Virus record (IMG/VR): IMGVR_UViG_3300011217_000001
Span: 32,001-96,000 of that record
Length of the DNA stretch: 64,000 bases
Strand: one strand, 5' to 3'
Source: a virus
Lineage: Duplodnaviria > Caudoviricetes
Part shown: one piece after another, positions 30,435 through 40,868 of the stretch
Layout: every line of letters starts with the position of its first letter
Position numbering within the stretch: position 1 is the first letter of the stretch
Position numbers and translations under genes: made by a program
Notes under the pieces: model-generated
The model's database searches: none
Seen by the model: the letters and a program-made list of their open reading frames with translations, nothing else
What the model was told of the DNA's origin: nothing

Positions 30435-30986
30435 ATGCTGTACAGCCTGCTGAAAGGGCTTCTCGCTATCTGGCCCTTCCTCAAGGAAGTGGTCCTGGGT
30501 AATGCAGATCTGAAAGAGGTTGTCCGCAAGAACAAGATCATCACTGCGATGACTGTACTGAACGTCATGTTGTTCCTGATGTTTCTGTACATGGCCGATA
30601 AGGTCATCACCTACAACACTCAGGCCGGTACGACGTATCATCAGCAAACACTGATGAAGTACCAGCTGGAAGTGGAGCAGGGGAAAGTCAAGACACTTGC
30701 TGAGGATCTTGAACTGGAGCGTACGAGGTCTGTGCGCTTTGAGGCAAAGTACGCAGAGTCTCTGCTGCTCGTCACTGACTTGACCAACGCCCTGTTGGCC
30801 CGTGATGGCAAGACTCCAGCACTTCGACGTGAGGCTGCCAATGCCACGCCGGAAACCTCTCAGCTCGTGGACAGGATCGAGGCTCTGAAGCGAGACGAAG
30901 TCCCACCTGCACCGCCTGTCACCTCGACCGCACCGACTCAGGATGTCACTCCGGCATTCGATACGGGAGGCCCGCGTCGCCGCTAG
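30435..30986 (+). CDS. Membrane protein with coiled coil (possible lysis accessory)
   Basis: Hydrophobic segment IITAMTVLNVMLFLMFLYMA followed by a helical coiled-coil region. Confidence 0.65.
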   Translation: MLYSLLKGLLAIWPFLKEVVLGNADLKEVVRKNKIITAMTVLNVMLFLMFLYMADKVITYNTQAGTTYHQQTLMKYQLEVEQGKVKTLAEDLELERTRSVRFEAKYAESLLLVTDLTNALLARDGKTPALRREAANATPETSQLVDRIEALKRDEVPPAPPVTSTAPTQDVTPAFDTGGPRRR

Positions 30987-31038
30987 TATTTCTTTACCTG
31001 ATCCGCCAATCAGATAGGAAACTAGCGGCGGTTGTGAC

Positions 31039-32562
31039 ATGGCAGAGAAGAACGAAGAAATCAAAGCGACCCACGCGGTACTCTATACCGACGGCGGGTG
31101 CATGCCACCACGCGGCCCAGGCGGCTGGGGCATTCATGGCTACACCTTCACACTGGAAGCGCCCAAGCAAGGTTCGGGCTGTCCAAAGGCCAACCCGGAA
31201 GCGGGTGGCTACGAAATGAAAGCATCTGGCAAGCCCTCGATTACGGTCGTCGATTACGTCGACTTCTTCGGGACGCTGCCTGACGGATCTACCAATAACA
31301 TCGCTGAATTGATGGCAGCGATTGAAGCATTCACCTTTGTCCGTGACCACGGGCTCAAAGCGGTGACCATGCACTTGGACAGTCAGTACGTGCTGAAGGG
31401 CATGACCGAATGGCACAAGGGCTGGGAAAGTCGCGGGTGGATGCGCCCGGATGGCCATGAAGTGCCTAACCGAAAATTGTGGGAACAACTGCTCGCGCTG
31501 AAGCGTGAAGTGGAAGGCGCTGGGGTCAAGACTCGTTACAACTGGGTCAAGGGTCACAGCGGCAACCTCGGTAACGTTCTGGCCGACAGCCTGGCAACGC
31601 GTGCTGTGTCTGCATCGATCAACAAAGTCGAGCTGACCGTACGTGACCTCACTCCAGGCAAGGGTTACTGGAATCGCGACAACGATCGCAATCGACTGAT
31701 CTACCAGTCCGGGTGGTTGTTCAACACCCACATCAGCACCGAGAATGCGTCTAAGGATGGGCGGACGATCTACTACACCTGTGACCTGCAGGAAAAGATC
31801 GAATACCATGGCAAGCCGATTGCCAACTCGTGCTACAGCGTGATGTTCCTGAAGCACACCGATCCGGTGATGGAGCTGGTTCGCACCTACCAGAACCATG
31901 TGGATCGCTCCACTGCCAACTCGCTGATCTTTGGCAAGTTGAAGAACATCCTACACAAGGACGTGTACGCTGACCTGCTCGAATACGGCGACACCTTCAT
32001 GACGCGCAGTAACTCGCGTCGTCTGGACGTCTCGCTGGTGGGCGGTGTATACCAGATTCGTCAGGATGACGACAAGAACTCCAAGTCGTCCAACACGGCA
32101 CGCCACCTCCCGCTGACCGAAGAACTCAACCCGCCTCGGATGGCATTCCGGGCGCTGGAAGTGCTCGGTACGCTGGAGAGTATCCTGGAGGCGACGCTGG
32201 AGCGTAAGGCTGGAATGGTCTACACCGACATTACCGACCTACTCTATGTATCCACCCCGGGTAAGTCCGCAAGCAAGACCAAGCTTCTCCCTGAAGTCAG
32301 TACTTCCATGAAGTCCTTCGAGGCCATGGTCGGGTTCGACACTGATACTCAAAAGGGGCAGGCGAAGCTTTGCTTGACCCTGGGGCAGGATATCGCTGTT
32401 CGTAATACCCTTAGCGCGATTGCGGAACTGTCGCCTAAGGTCACGGTCGTAACGTGGAAGGAATCCGGGCAGGCTTTCCGCTTCGCCACCGTTGTCGAAA
32501 CGGTTGACGATGCGGCGATCTATTCGAGCCCGTACTCCAACCTCGTGCTGTTGCCGCGCTAA
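31039..32562 (+). CDS. rnhA: Ribonuclease H (phiKZ gp155-like, C-terminally extended)
   Basis: LYTDGG, GPGGWG, TNNIAELMA, LDSQYV, N-x-x-LW and WVKGHSGNLGNVLADSLA. Confidence 0.92.
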   Translation: MAEKNEEIKATHAVLYTDGGCMPPRGPGGWGIHGYTFTLEAPKQGSGCPKANPEAGGYEMKASGKPSITVVDYVDFFGTLPDGSTNNIAELMAAIEAFTFVRDHGLKAVTMHLDSQYVLKGMTEWHKGWESRGWMRPDGHEVPNRKLWEQLLALKREVEGAGVKTRYNWVKGHSGNLGNVLADSLATRAVSASINKVELTVRDLTPGKGYWNRDNDRNRLIYQSGWLFNTHISTENASKDGRTIYYTCDLQEKIEYHGKPIANSCYSVMFLKHTDPVMELVRTYQNHVDRSTANSLIFGKLKNILHKDVYADLLEYGDTFMTRSNSRRLDVSLVGGVYQIRQDDDKNSKSSNTARHLPLTEELNPPRMAFRALEVLGTLESILEATLERKAGMVYTDITDLLYVSTPGKSASKTKLLPEVSTSMKSFEAMVGFDTDTQKGQAKLCLTLGQDIAVRNTLSAIAELSPKVTVVTWKESGQAFRFATVVETVDDAAIYSSPYSNLVLLPR

Positions 32563-32570
32563 AACCAGGG

Positions 32571-32602
32571 CCTGCCTCCTACCAAGGGGGCAGGGAGTTT
32601 TT
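32571..32602 (+). terminator. Intrinsic terminator
   Basis: CCTGCCTCCT-ACCA-AGGGGGCAGG hairpin followed by GAGTTTTT. Confidence 0.6.
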
Positions 32603-32631
32603 ACGTTGATGCTGCCTTTGAGACACCTTAC

Positions 32632-33090
32632 ATGAATGTCAGCGGATCCATTTCCACGTCGATGAAGTCCTCGCTGGGTTCTTTCTTCAGTGACTTCTTC
32701 TCGCGTGCGGTTTCTCTGCACGTCAAGCAAGTGATCTTCGCCGTTACCCTTTACATGCACTTGTCCGCCAGCAAGCGTATGGACCGGATGGTGATGGCCA
32801 AGCTCAATACGGTCTTCGAGCAGCTCGTTCGCGAGAACGGGCAAGCCTTTGAGTTTCCATCTCTCCTCACCCCGTTGGTGTGGAAGGACGAAGCCCGGAA
32901 AGAAGACCTCACATGTCTGGGTGCCCTTTGCGGTGCTGATCTGGATCTCCTGATTTCCCAGGTGATCGCCAGATGCCCGGCGTGGCTGAAATATGATCTC
33001 GTCCAGATGCGCGAAGATACCCGCAAGGTAATTCGCACCATCCAGGAGCTGAACCAGCCGAAGGCAAGCACTGCCGTCGGCGAGGGTTGA
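32632..33090 (+). CDS. Hypothetical protein
   Basis: 152-aa ORF between two hairpins. Confidence 0.6.
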   Translation: MNVSGSISTSMKSSLGSFFSDFFSRAVSLHVKQVIFAVTLYMHLSASKRMDRMVMAKLNTVFEQLVRENGQAFEFPSLLTPLVWKDEARKEDLTCLGALCGADLDLLISQVIARCPAWLKYDLVQMREDTRKVIRTIQELNQPKASTAVGEG

Positions 33091-33112
33091 ACAAGGACTT
33101 TCTCCGGGTTAG

Positions 33113-33155
33113 GGCATAGAGTCGGGCCTGCGCCCGACTCTATGCTTTTATGCCG
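33113..33155. terminator. Bidirectional hairpin of the GGCATA...TATGCCG family
   Basis: GCATAGAGTCGGGC-CTGC-GCCCGACTCTATGC followed by TTTTATGCCG. Confidence 0.82.
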
Positions 33156-33156
33156 T

Positions 33157-34398
33157 TTACTCGATGCGGCCCACTTCGAGGAAGAAGGCCTTGGAGAAGA
33201 AGAACTGGTTCTTGGTGTAGCGGGTGTTGTCGATGGAGGTCTGCGACTTCCAGTTGGTGGTACGTGCGTTGAACATGTCCACCGTGTTGTCCAGCGTCTG
33301 GAGCACGTAGTCGCCGTCTTCTTCCACCGGCCAGTATTCGTACACACGACCGATGCCACCAAACAGCGGCATGTCCGGATTGATGTGGGAGATGTAACGC
33401 CCGTTCAGTCCGGTCTTCTCAACGAAGTGACGATCGATGTAAAGCTGCTCGGTATCGACCAGCACTACGAACGAGTTGGCCATGGTCATGTACGCGATGA
33501 TGTTCTCTTCGCTGTACAGGTCTTCCAGCGTGAGCTGATCGACGTTGACCGAGGACTCGCTGAAGTTGAGCATGCTCAGATCCAGCAGCTTGCGCGACTC
33601 GTAGTAGCGCTCCAGCCATGGCAGGTTGGCGAAGTCGATCTTGATCAGACCATCCCCCACTTGCTTGTAGCTGTTGTCCAGGATGTGCAGGTAGCCGCCG
33701 ATGACCATCAGCACCGCCTTACCCGAGGTGGACTTGGGGATCTGCAGATTGACCGCCGTCTTGTACTCCTGACGAGGATGGGTCTTGTACAGCATGTCCG
33801 CAGTGATCGGAATGATCTCGATCTCACCGAGCTGCTTGAAGTTGTACAGACCCACGATCGATTCGTTGGCGATGCGACTCTGGCGCGCACCGTCGAGGAT
33901 GTAGAACCCATCCGGACCGGCGGCAGTGGGATGGAACATGCCGTTGACCGAGGCCAGACAGAACTTGTGCATCTCCTGGTAGTCCACACCCGCCTTGGTG
34001 AGCATCAGGTCAGGCTTGGCGCTGGTGGGCAGGTCCGAGTCGTGATGCATCGTGGAGACGGTGGGCTGGATGCCGTAACCTGCACGGAAGGCGTCGTTGT
34101 AACGCAGCTTACCGTAGTAGGGATCTGGCATCTTGTCCATGGTAGGCAGCGTGCGATCACCGATCATCGCCAGCCACTCGTTGACCTTGTAGGAGGGGAT
34201 CTTGTTGGGGATCATCTCCTGGGCATCGGAGAGGAGCAGGAACAGGTCGTGGTCGATCAACGGATGACGCAAGGTCAGGTAGACCTTGGAGTAATCCGTC
34301 AGCAGATCATCGATGGCCATGTTGCTTGCATCGATATCTTCCCAGACCGAGCTGCTCAAACGCCCACGCACGCGGGCGGCTTTGTACGTGTAGGGCAT
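33157..34398 (-). CDS. Virion structural protein (phiKZ-like conserved)
   Basis: ~413 aa; CLASVNGMFH and VLMVIGGYLH motifs; divergent from the tail fibre genes. Confidence 0.68.
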   Translation of the reverse strand: MPYTYKAARVRGRLSSSVWEDIDASNMAIDDLLTDYSKVYLTLRHPLIDHDLFLLLSDAQEMIPNKIPSYKVNEWLAMIGDRTLPTMDKMPDPYYGKLRYNDAFRAGYGIQPTVSTMHHDSDLPTSAKPDLMLTKAGVDYQEMHKFCLASVNGMFHPTAAGPDGFYILDGARQSRIANESIVGLYNFKQLGEIEIIPITADMLYKTHPRQEYKTAVNLQIPKSTSGKAVLMVIGGYLHILDNSYKQVGDGLIKIDFANLPWLERYYESRKLLDLSMLNFSESSVNVDQLTLEDLYSEENIIAYMTMANSFVVLVDTEQLYIDRHFVEKTGLNGRYISHINPDMPLFGGIGRVYEYWPVEEDGDYVLQTLDNTVDMFNARTTNWKSQTSIDNTRYTKNQFFFSKAFFLEVGRIE

Positions 34399-34514
34399 CA
34401 CTGGCTCCTTTGCCTAATCTATACGATACCTCAGAGGCCTGACCGACCCGTTATGGTATGGTGCATGTAATTTTTAACAACCTAGGTAGCGTCATCGCAC
34501 AGCTGGAGCCAACC

Positions 34515-36782
34515 ATGCCGGACAACAAAGTCAGTTGGCCTTTCGACCCGACGGGGACGAAGCCCGACAACAAGGTGACCAACGAGCTTCAGGTCATCTC
34601 GCCTCCGAATAGCTCGGAGTATTACTTCCTCATCCCCAATGCGGCGCCGTACTACAAGGACAGCATGAAGCTGTTCTTCCGCGAGGCAAACGGCGCCCGT
34701 CGTCCAATGATCCACGGCGTGGACTGGCTGGCAACGCACTTCTTCATCGGTGCGTCTCGTTCCACTGCCAAGCCGGTGTACGGCTCGATCACCATCCTCA
34801 ACAAGCAGCTGGCCGGCGTCATCGAGCTGGCTGAATACCAGTGCGTTGGTGGCGATTGGACTGTCGACTCGCAGAAGGCGATTGAGATCGTCGCCAATGC
34901 GCTCGGCAATCCGCGCATCACCACCTGGGAAGAGGTGGACGATCGCCCGACCCGCTTCCCGCCGACCGACCATGAGTGGTATCTGGACGATCTGGTGGGC
35001 ATGAAGGAAACCGTCGAAGTGTTGGAGAAGGTGGTCGACGCCATCTATGCCCGACAGAGCGATGAGTTCTCCCAGCATCTGGGCAATCGCAACAATCCTC
35101 ACCAGGTCACCAAGGCGCAAGTCGGCCTCGGTCTGGTGGAGAACTTCGCCATCTCCACGCGCCCGCAGGCCGAACAGGGTACGGTTGAAGATCGCTACAT
35201 GACGCCGCTGCGCGTCAAGCAGGCGATCAACTTCCAGATCCGTACGGACTTCGACGCGTTCGTGGCTCGCCGCAACAATCCGCATGCGGTCACTAAGACG
35301 CAGATCGGACTGGGGCTGGTTGAGAACTACGCAACGGCTGACAACGCCAAGACCCTGGCTGGTACGGCCTTTGACCTGTACGTGACTCCGGCAGGTCTGA
35401 AGCACACCATCACCCAGGGCGTTGGTCAGGATCTGCTCAACCACGTCACCGACTTGGACAACCCCCACAAGGTGACCAAGGAACAGGTCGGGCTGGGTCA
35501 GGTCCAGAACTATCCGCCGGCCACCAATCAGGAAGCGGCTGCTGCTGCACTGACCACTCGCTATCTGACGCCTGCGTCGGGTAAGGCGCTGGTGCAGGCT
35601 GTGGCGGGCACGATGCTCGACGAGCACATCACCGACTACACCAATCCGCATCGCGTCACGCGTGCGCAGATTGGCCTTGCGCTGGTCGAGAACTACGCCG
35701 TGCCAAGTGAACAGGAAGCCCGCGACGGCATCCTGAACACCCGCTACATGACGCCTCTGCGGACCTCGCAGGCGATCCAGGAGCAGGCAGGCAAGTTGCT
35801 GCAGAAGCACATCGACGACAAGACCAACCCGCACGCTGTTTCCAAGGCGCAGGTCGGTTTGGGTTCGGTGGAAAACTACGCGATCGCCACGTCGCCGGAA
35901 GCTATCCAGGGTACGGTGAACGTCAAGTACATGACGCCGCTGCGTACCAAGGAAGCGATCGACAACTTCAAGACCACGGTCTTCGATCCGTTCGTCGCAC
36001 TGCGCAACAACCCGCATGCGGTGACCGCTGCACAGGTGGGTGCCTACACGATCGCACAGACCGATGCTGTTGCCTCTGCCGCAGAATCCCGCGCCAAGGC
36101 TTACACCGATGCTCACTCCGGGCGACGCGACAACCCGCACGGCGTAACCAAGGGCCAGCTTGGCCTGGGCTCGGTGGAAGACTACAAGCAGGTCCGCAAC
36201 AACAGCGGCAACCAGATCTACCTGTCCTGGAATGGCGCCGAGATCGTTGCTCAGGTGGACGGTTCTGTCTTCGGTCGAATCCACACCTTCTCCCAGCCGG
36301 ACCCTAACATCGCACTGCATCGCGGTGACACCAACAACCCGCACCAGACGAACAAGTGGCACGTCGGCTTGGGCAGTCTGAACGATTGGCCGGCGGCGTC
36401 GGCGTGGGATATCGGCAACGGTACGGGTGGTCGTTACGTTCCGGCTGATGCGTTGCGTGCGTATCTGATCTCGCTCGGCATTGGCGATGGTTCCGGTAAC
36501 ATGGAGAACCTGCCCAACGGTCAGCGTGGCTTTGCACGTATCGGACCTGTCCTGGTCTGCTTCGGCTGGGTCAACAGCTCGCAGAACAACATCTTCACCG
36601 GCTTCATGCGTCAGTTCAACGGCCGTCCGTCTGTTGTCGCTCAGGCACACGACGTGACGAACGGTTCGCCCTCGCGCTCGCTGCAGACGGTCGATGGTGT
36701 TGGTGCTACCGGTTTCCGTTTCCGCTGGGATGGTATCGGTGTGCAGGGCTGGAGCTACGTTGCGTTCGGTATCGCCGCCTAA
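34515..36782 (+). CDS. Tail fibre protein with 8 NPH repeats and a C-terminal lectin-like (gp53-type) tip
   Basis: FDPTG...N-x-V-x-NE N-terminus; repeats NPHxVTKAQVGLGxVxNY...YMTP; C-terminal GFARIG...FGW...WSYVAFG. Confidence 0.82.
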   Translation: MPDNKVSWPFDPTGTKPDNKVTNELQVISPPNSSEYYFLIPNAAPYYKDSMKLFFREANGARRPMIHGVDWLATHFFIGASRSTAKPVYGSITILNKQLAGVIELAEYQCVGGDWTVDSQKAIEIVANALGNPRITTWEEVDDRPTRFPPTDHEWYLDDLVGMKETVEVLEKVVDAIYARQSDEFSQHLGNRNNPHQVTKAQVGLGLVENFAISTRPQAEQGTVEDRYMTPLRVKQAINFQIRTDFDAFVARRNNPHAVTKTQIGLGLVENYATADNAKTLAGTAFDLYVTPAGLKHTITQGVGQDLLNHVTDLDNPHKVTKEQVGLGQVQNYPPATNQEAAAAALTTRYLTPASGKALVQAVAGTMLDEHITDYTNPHRVTRAQIGLALVENYAVPSEQEARDGILNTRYMTPLRTSQAIQEQAGKLLQKHIDDKTNPHAVSKAQVGLGSVENYAIATSPEAIQGTVNVKYMTPLRTKEAIDNFKTTVFDPFVALRNNPHAVTAAQVGAYTIAQTDAVASAAESRAKAYTDAHSGRRDNPHGVTKGQLGLGSVEDYKQVRNNSGNQIYLSWNGAEIVAQVDGSVFGRIHTFSQPDPNIALHRGDTNNPHQTNKWHVGLGSLNDWPAASAWDIGNGTGGRYVPADALRAYLISLGIGDGSGNMENLPNGQRGFARIGPVLVCFGWVNSSQNNIFTGFMRQFNGRPSVVAQAHDVTNGSPSRSLQTVDGVGATGFRFRWDGIGVQGWSYVAFGIAA

Positions 36783-38830
36783 GTCCTTTCATCCGGTTAG
36801 GCGGGACTAATCATCCCGCCAAGCTTTTTCGGAGTCAACATGCCCTCGCTTATCATTCGTTATCCCCTGGACCTGACCGGGCGGAGCACGAACAATCTGG
36901 TTCAGGCGGAACCGCACAACATCGGTGCGACCTCTGCGAGCCGGAAGAATCGTGTCATCGTCCCGAAGTACGGCGCCTTCTACACCGAAGGTCTGAGGGT
37001 CCGCGTCAAATCCACCGGCAAGGTTCTCGAACCCAAGACGCAGTATGTCTGCACCGAGTTCTACCAGGACGCCTCTGTCGTCACGGGCTTGGAAGTCTGC
37101 TGCGCCATCGTCATCACCGACACCAAGGTGCCTGCCGATCTGGAGATCTTCTACCAGGTCGTGGGTGGTGAGTTCAGCGTGTCGGCTGGTGCGCTGGAAG
37201 ATGCGATCAAGAACCTCAACATCGACAACCGCCCGGTCTACTGGGGCGACATCATCGGCCTGCCCGAGACGTTCGCGCCATCGGACCACTTCCACGACAT
37301 CGGCGACCTCTACGGCTTCGAGTACCTGATCCCCGTTCTGGAGAACATGGTCACTGCGATCCTGACCGGTTCCGGTGCCGTGGAAGATGCGATCATCGCA
37401 CATGTCAACAACAAGATCGCACAGCTGGACGGTCGCATCACGACCATGCGCGGTCTGTTCGACGAACATGCCAACGATGAAGACAACCCGCACCAGGTCA
37501 CCAAGGGCCAGGTTGGTCTTGGCAACGTGGCCGACTACCCGATCGCTTCGGATACCGAGGCGAGCAACGGTGGCAGCAACCAGCGCTACATGACCCCGGC
37601 GGGCGTCACCCTGCGTGTCAATGCGATTCTGGATCAGCGCCTGGAAGCGCATCTCCAGGACAAGCAGAACCCGCACAACGTCACCAAGGCTCAGGTTGGC
37701 CTGGGTAACGTTCTCAACTATGCCATTGCCACGGTTGGCGAGGCAGAGGACGGCACCTCCGCCACCCGCTACATGACCCCGCAGCGTACGCAGCAGGCCA
37801 TCAAGAAGCAGGTGGGTGATCTGTTCACCACGCACCAGAACGATCTGGGCAACCCGCACAAGGTATCCAAGACGCAAGTTGGTCTGGGTCTGGTGCAGAA
37901 CTACCCGATCGCTACCGAGCAGGAAGCTCTGGATGGTCAGCGCGATGACCGCTACATGACGCCGTTGCTGGTTCGCTACATGGTCAATCAGATCAGTGGT
38001 GAGCTGACCGGCGGTCACGTGACCAACTACAGCAACCCGCATCGTGTCACCAAGGCACAAGTGGGTCTGGGGTCGGTGCAGGATTACCCGATCGCAACGC
38101 AGCAGCAGGCCGAGTCGGGTGATCTCAACACCACCTACATGACGCCGCTGCGCACCAAGCAGGCCATTGCCGCGCAGCTGACTGACGTTGTGGGTCAGCA
38201 TGCCAACCGAAAGGACAATCCGCACGAAGTGTCCAAGGCGCAAGTGGGTCTGGGCTCTGTCCAGAACTATGCGATTGCCAATACGCAGGAAGCGTTGGAT
38301 GGTTCGCTGAACACGCGGTACATGACGCCCTCGCTGGTCAAGGCTGTCGTCGGTGACTTCAAGGCCACCGTGTTCGATCCCTTCGCTGCTCGTACCGACA
38401 ACCCCCACAAGGTGTCGGCTGCTCAGGTGGGTTTGGGTTCGGTGCAGAACTACGGCATCGCAACCACTGCAGAAATGCAGGCGGCAGGTCGGTTGGAGAC
38501 CACTGCGGTCAACAACAAGTACGTCACCCCGCTGGGCTTCCGCACGGCGCTGGCAGCGTACGACAACGACGTGGTCGGTCCGCACATCGGCAACCTGGAC
38601 AACCCGCATCAGGTGTCCAAGGCTCAGGTTGGTCTCGGCTCGGTCCTGAACTATGGCGTCGCCACGGAACAGGAAGCGATCGATGGCGCGCTCAACACGC
38701 GCTACATGACCCCGCTGCGCGTCAAGCAGTTCGTCATGCCGCTGATCTCCGGCGGTGTGGATGGTCACGCCAATCGCAAGGACAACCCGCATGAAGTGTC
38801 GGCCGCTCAGGTCGGTGCTTACACCACCGG
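35080..38830 (+). repeat. ~180-bp coding repeats (NPH fibre repeats) in two adjacent genes
   Basis: Recurrent AACCCGCA(C/T)...GT(C/G)(A/T)CCAAG...CAGGT(C/T/G)GG and TACATGAC(C/G)CCG units. Confidence 0.85.
36797..36830 (+). terminator. Possible intrinsic terminator
   Basis: GGCGGGA-CTAATCA-TCCCGCC then AAGCTTTTT. Confidence 0.55.
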
Positions 38831-40046
38831 CGAGGTCGACGTTCGTCTGAGCAAGAAGCTGGATACGGCTCTCTACTCCGGCAAGCGTGGTCAGGTGCTC
38901 TTCACGGATGAAGACAATGGTGATCCGGGTGCTTCGCTGAGCCGTGTCGTGAGCCGTCTGGGTATCGTGCTGAACGATTCCGAGCTGGCCTCGATGCAGA
39001 CCGATGCGGACGATCCGACCGAGCTGGTCAACACCTACCGTCGCGTGTCCATCAATACCGAGGGTGAGCCCAACGCCGACGCGGCCGACAACGCTGCGTG
39101 GACGTACAACACCGCCACCGGCCGTACCGAGAACAGCCGTACCAGTCCGCGAGTTGTTGGGTTGCTGTCCAATGAGACCTTCGAAGATTTCGATTTCGAG
39201 GTTCTGGTGGATGGCCGCACGGCAGCGAAGGGTCTGGCCGGTCTGGTGATCGGTGCAGTGGATGACGGCGGGATCGTGCGTACCATCACGGTGACCCGTA
39301 CTCCGGGTGGCTCTCTGGGCTTCGCTGCTGGTCTGACCACGCAGCATGTTCCGGCTGGCAACACCACCGCTCCGATGGCTCTGATGGGTATTCAGTACTG
39401 CCTGGGTCAGCGCGACAGCAAGTTGATCAAGTCGACCAACAAGCTGAAGTGGGGCGATGGCGTGCAGAACGACACCCGCCGTGTCAACGGTGCGGATATC
39501 GCCGGTAACACCGGCTGGGCCTACCAGCTGGGCGGTTGCCGTATCCGCGTCACTCGTGTCGGCAAGGTCTTCACCGTCCGTACCACCGACTTCATCCTCG
39601 ACTCCACCGGCTCTGCTACCATCCAGCCGACGGATGCGCGTCTGAAGAACTACGTGGCCGCTGCGCAGCTCTCGTTCTCCGTGGACGACCTGCCGGAACT
39701 GGCCGTGTTCGATGGTCCGGTCAGCATCGGCTACTTGGGGATGAACAACCCCTCTCGCTTCCTGTACGACTCGCTCCCCGGTTCTCGTCCGACCATCATC
39801 GATGGCCGTACCGGTGCCGTGCAGCAGTGGTCGGGGTCGGGCTGGGCACCTTCGGACCTGACGGCCGCTGAGCTGATCAAACCGGGTCGGATGTACAACA
39901 ACCAGATCACCGGGCGCCTGTTCGCGGGCCTGGGCGAGGGTTCGTTCGAGGAAGTGAAGATCTTCGGTTCTGCAAGTGCCGACATGGACTTGCTGATCGC
40001 AAGCTTGACCGACTCGTTCAACGACGCAGCAACCGATCTGGGCTGA
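36840..40046 (+). CDS. Tail fibre protein with 8 NPH repeats and a C-terminal beta-rich domain
   Basis: YPLDLTG...NLV-x-x-EPH N-terminus; ~60-aa NPH repeats. Confidence 0.82.
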   Translation: MPSLIIRYPLDLTGRSTNNLVQAEPHNIGATSASRKNRVIVPKYGAFYTEGLRVRVKSTGKVLEPKTQYVCTEFYQDASVVTGLEVCCAIVITDTKVPADLEIFYQVVGGEFSVSAGALEDAIKNLNIDNRPVYWGDIIGLPETFAPSDHFHDIGDLYGFEYLIPVLENMVTAILTGSGAVEDAIIAHVNNKIAQLDGRITTMRGLFDEHANDEDNPHQVTKGQVGLGNVADYPIASDTEASNGGSNQRYMTPAGVTLRVNAILDQRLEAHLQDKQNPHNVTKAQVGLGNVLNYAIATVGEAEDGTSATRYMTPQRTQQAIKKQVGDLFTTHQNDLGNPHKVSKTQVGLGLVQNYPIATEQEALDGQRDDRYMTPLLVRYMVNQISGELTGGHVTNYSNPHRVTKAQVGLGSVQDYPIATQQQAESGDLNTTYMTPLRTKQAIAAQLTDVVGQHANRKDNPHEVSKAQVGLGSVQNYAIANTQEALDGSLNTRYMTPSLVKAVVGDFKATVFDPFAARTDNPHKVSAAQVGLGSVQNYGIATTAEMQAAGRLETTAVNNKYVTPLGFRTALAAYDNDVVGPHIGNLDNPHQVSKAQVGLGSVLNYGVATEQEAIDGALNTRYMTPLRVKQFVMPLISGGVDGHANRKDNPHEVSAAQVGAYTTGEVDVRLSKKLDTALYSGKRGQVLFTDEDNGDPGASLSRVVSRLGIVLNDSELASMQTDADDPTELVNTYRRVSINTEGEPNADAADNAAWTYNTATGRTENSRTSPRVVGLLSNETFEDFDFEVLVDGRTAAKGLAGLVIGAVDDGGIVRTITVTRTPGGSLGFAAGLTTQHVPAGNTTAPMALMGIQYCLGQRDSKLIKSTNKLKWGDGVQNDTRRVNGADIAGNTGWAYQLGGCRIRVTRVGKVFTVRTTDFILDSTGSATIQPTDARLKNYVAAAQLSFSVDDLPELAVFDGPVSIGYLGMNNPSRFLYDSLPGSRPTIIDGRTGAVQQWSGSGWAPSDLTAAELIKPGRMYNNQITGRLFAGLGEGSFEEVKIFGSASADMDLLIASLTDSFNDAATDLG

Positions 40047-40063
40047 TCCAAGGGGATACGACA

Positions 40064-40789
40064 ATGAGTAGAGAACAGGACTTGCAAGACCTGCAGGAAG
40101 CCATTGATCGTATCCCCGCGGCTATCAATGAGTTGGCGGCGGCCAAGAGGGCCGCCGCCTATGCCTCGGACAATGCGGACAGGTTGGAGAACACAACCGC
40201 TGCTGCGCTTACCACGGAAGCGGAAGCGACGCAGGCGGCTCACATCAACAGTCGGAGCAATCCGCATGTTGACACGGCTGCCAACATTGGCTGCTACTCC
40301 ATCCCTGAGATTGACACGATGCTGGCGGGATTGATTCCGTCGGGTATTCTTCCGATCTCGGCAACGGGGTTGGGGATGACCAATACGTTGTTGATCTGGC
40401 CGTACTCAGGTGACCAGTTCACCGTCCGGGCGCAGTCAGTACTGATGCTGGGTCGCTTCTTCACCATCGGGGCGACAACCATGCGACTGAGTCAGATCTT
40501 CGGATCTCTGGCTGAGTACGCGAACAAGGATATCCATGTCTACGTCGCCATGAGCGAAGGATCTCCTGTTTACGTGGTCAGTGTCGAAAGGCTCAGTGAA
40601 TCACTCAATCGCATGTACATGGCTACGGTGCGCACGAATGCGGCAGGCGCAATCACGGCATCTTTCGGGGTGTCGAGGCAGCGCCTGGATACATTCACCG
40701 TGACCAACATCCCGTCGGGAAGCGCCATCCCCCGTACGGACGACATGCCAATGAACCCGACTGCACTCAATGCCACGTGGATACGCTGA
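40064..40789 (+). CDS. Short tail-fibre/baseplate family protein (gp131-135-like termini only)
   Basis: One NPH motif, GILPIS, and a C-terminal block homologous to the two following genes. Confidence 0.72.
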   Translation: MSREQDLQDLQEAIDRIPAAINELAAAKRAAAYASDNADRLENTTAAALTTEAEATQAAHINSRSNPHVDTAANIGCYSIPEIDTMLAGLIPSGILPISATGLGMTNTLLIWPYSGDQFTVRAQSVLMLGRFFTIGATTMRLSQIFGSLAEYANKDIHVYVAMSEGSPVYVVSVERLSESLNRMYMATVRTNAAGAITASFGVSRQRLDTFTVTNIPSGSAIPRTDDMPMNPTALNATWIR

Positions 40790-40868
40790 TAAGGTCTACT
40801 CTCTGCCTGATGCTATGCATCGGGCAGGGAGCCCTTATTTCCTTTTATTTCAGCAACAAGGTAGACAC

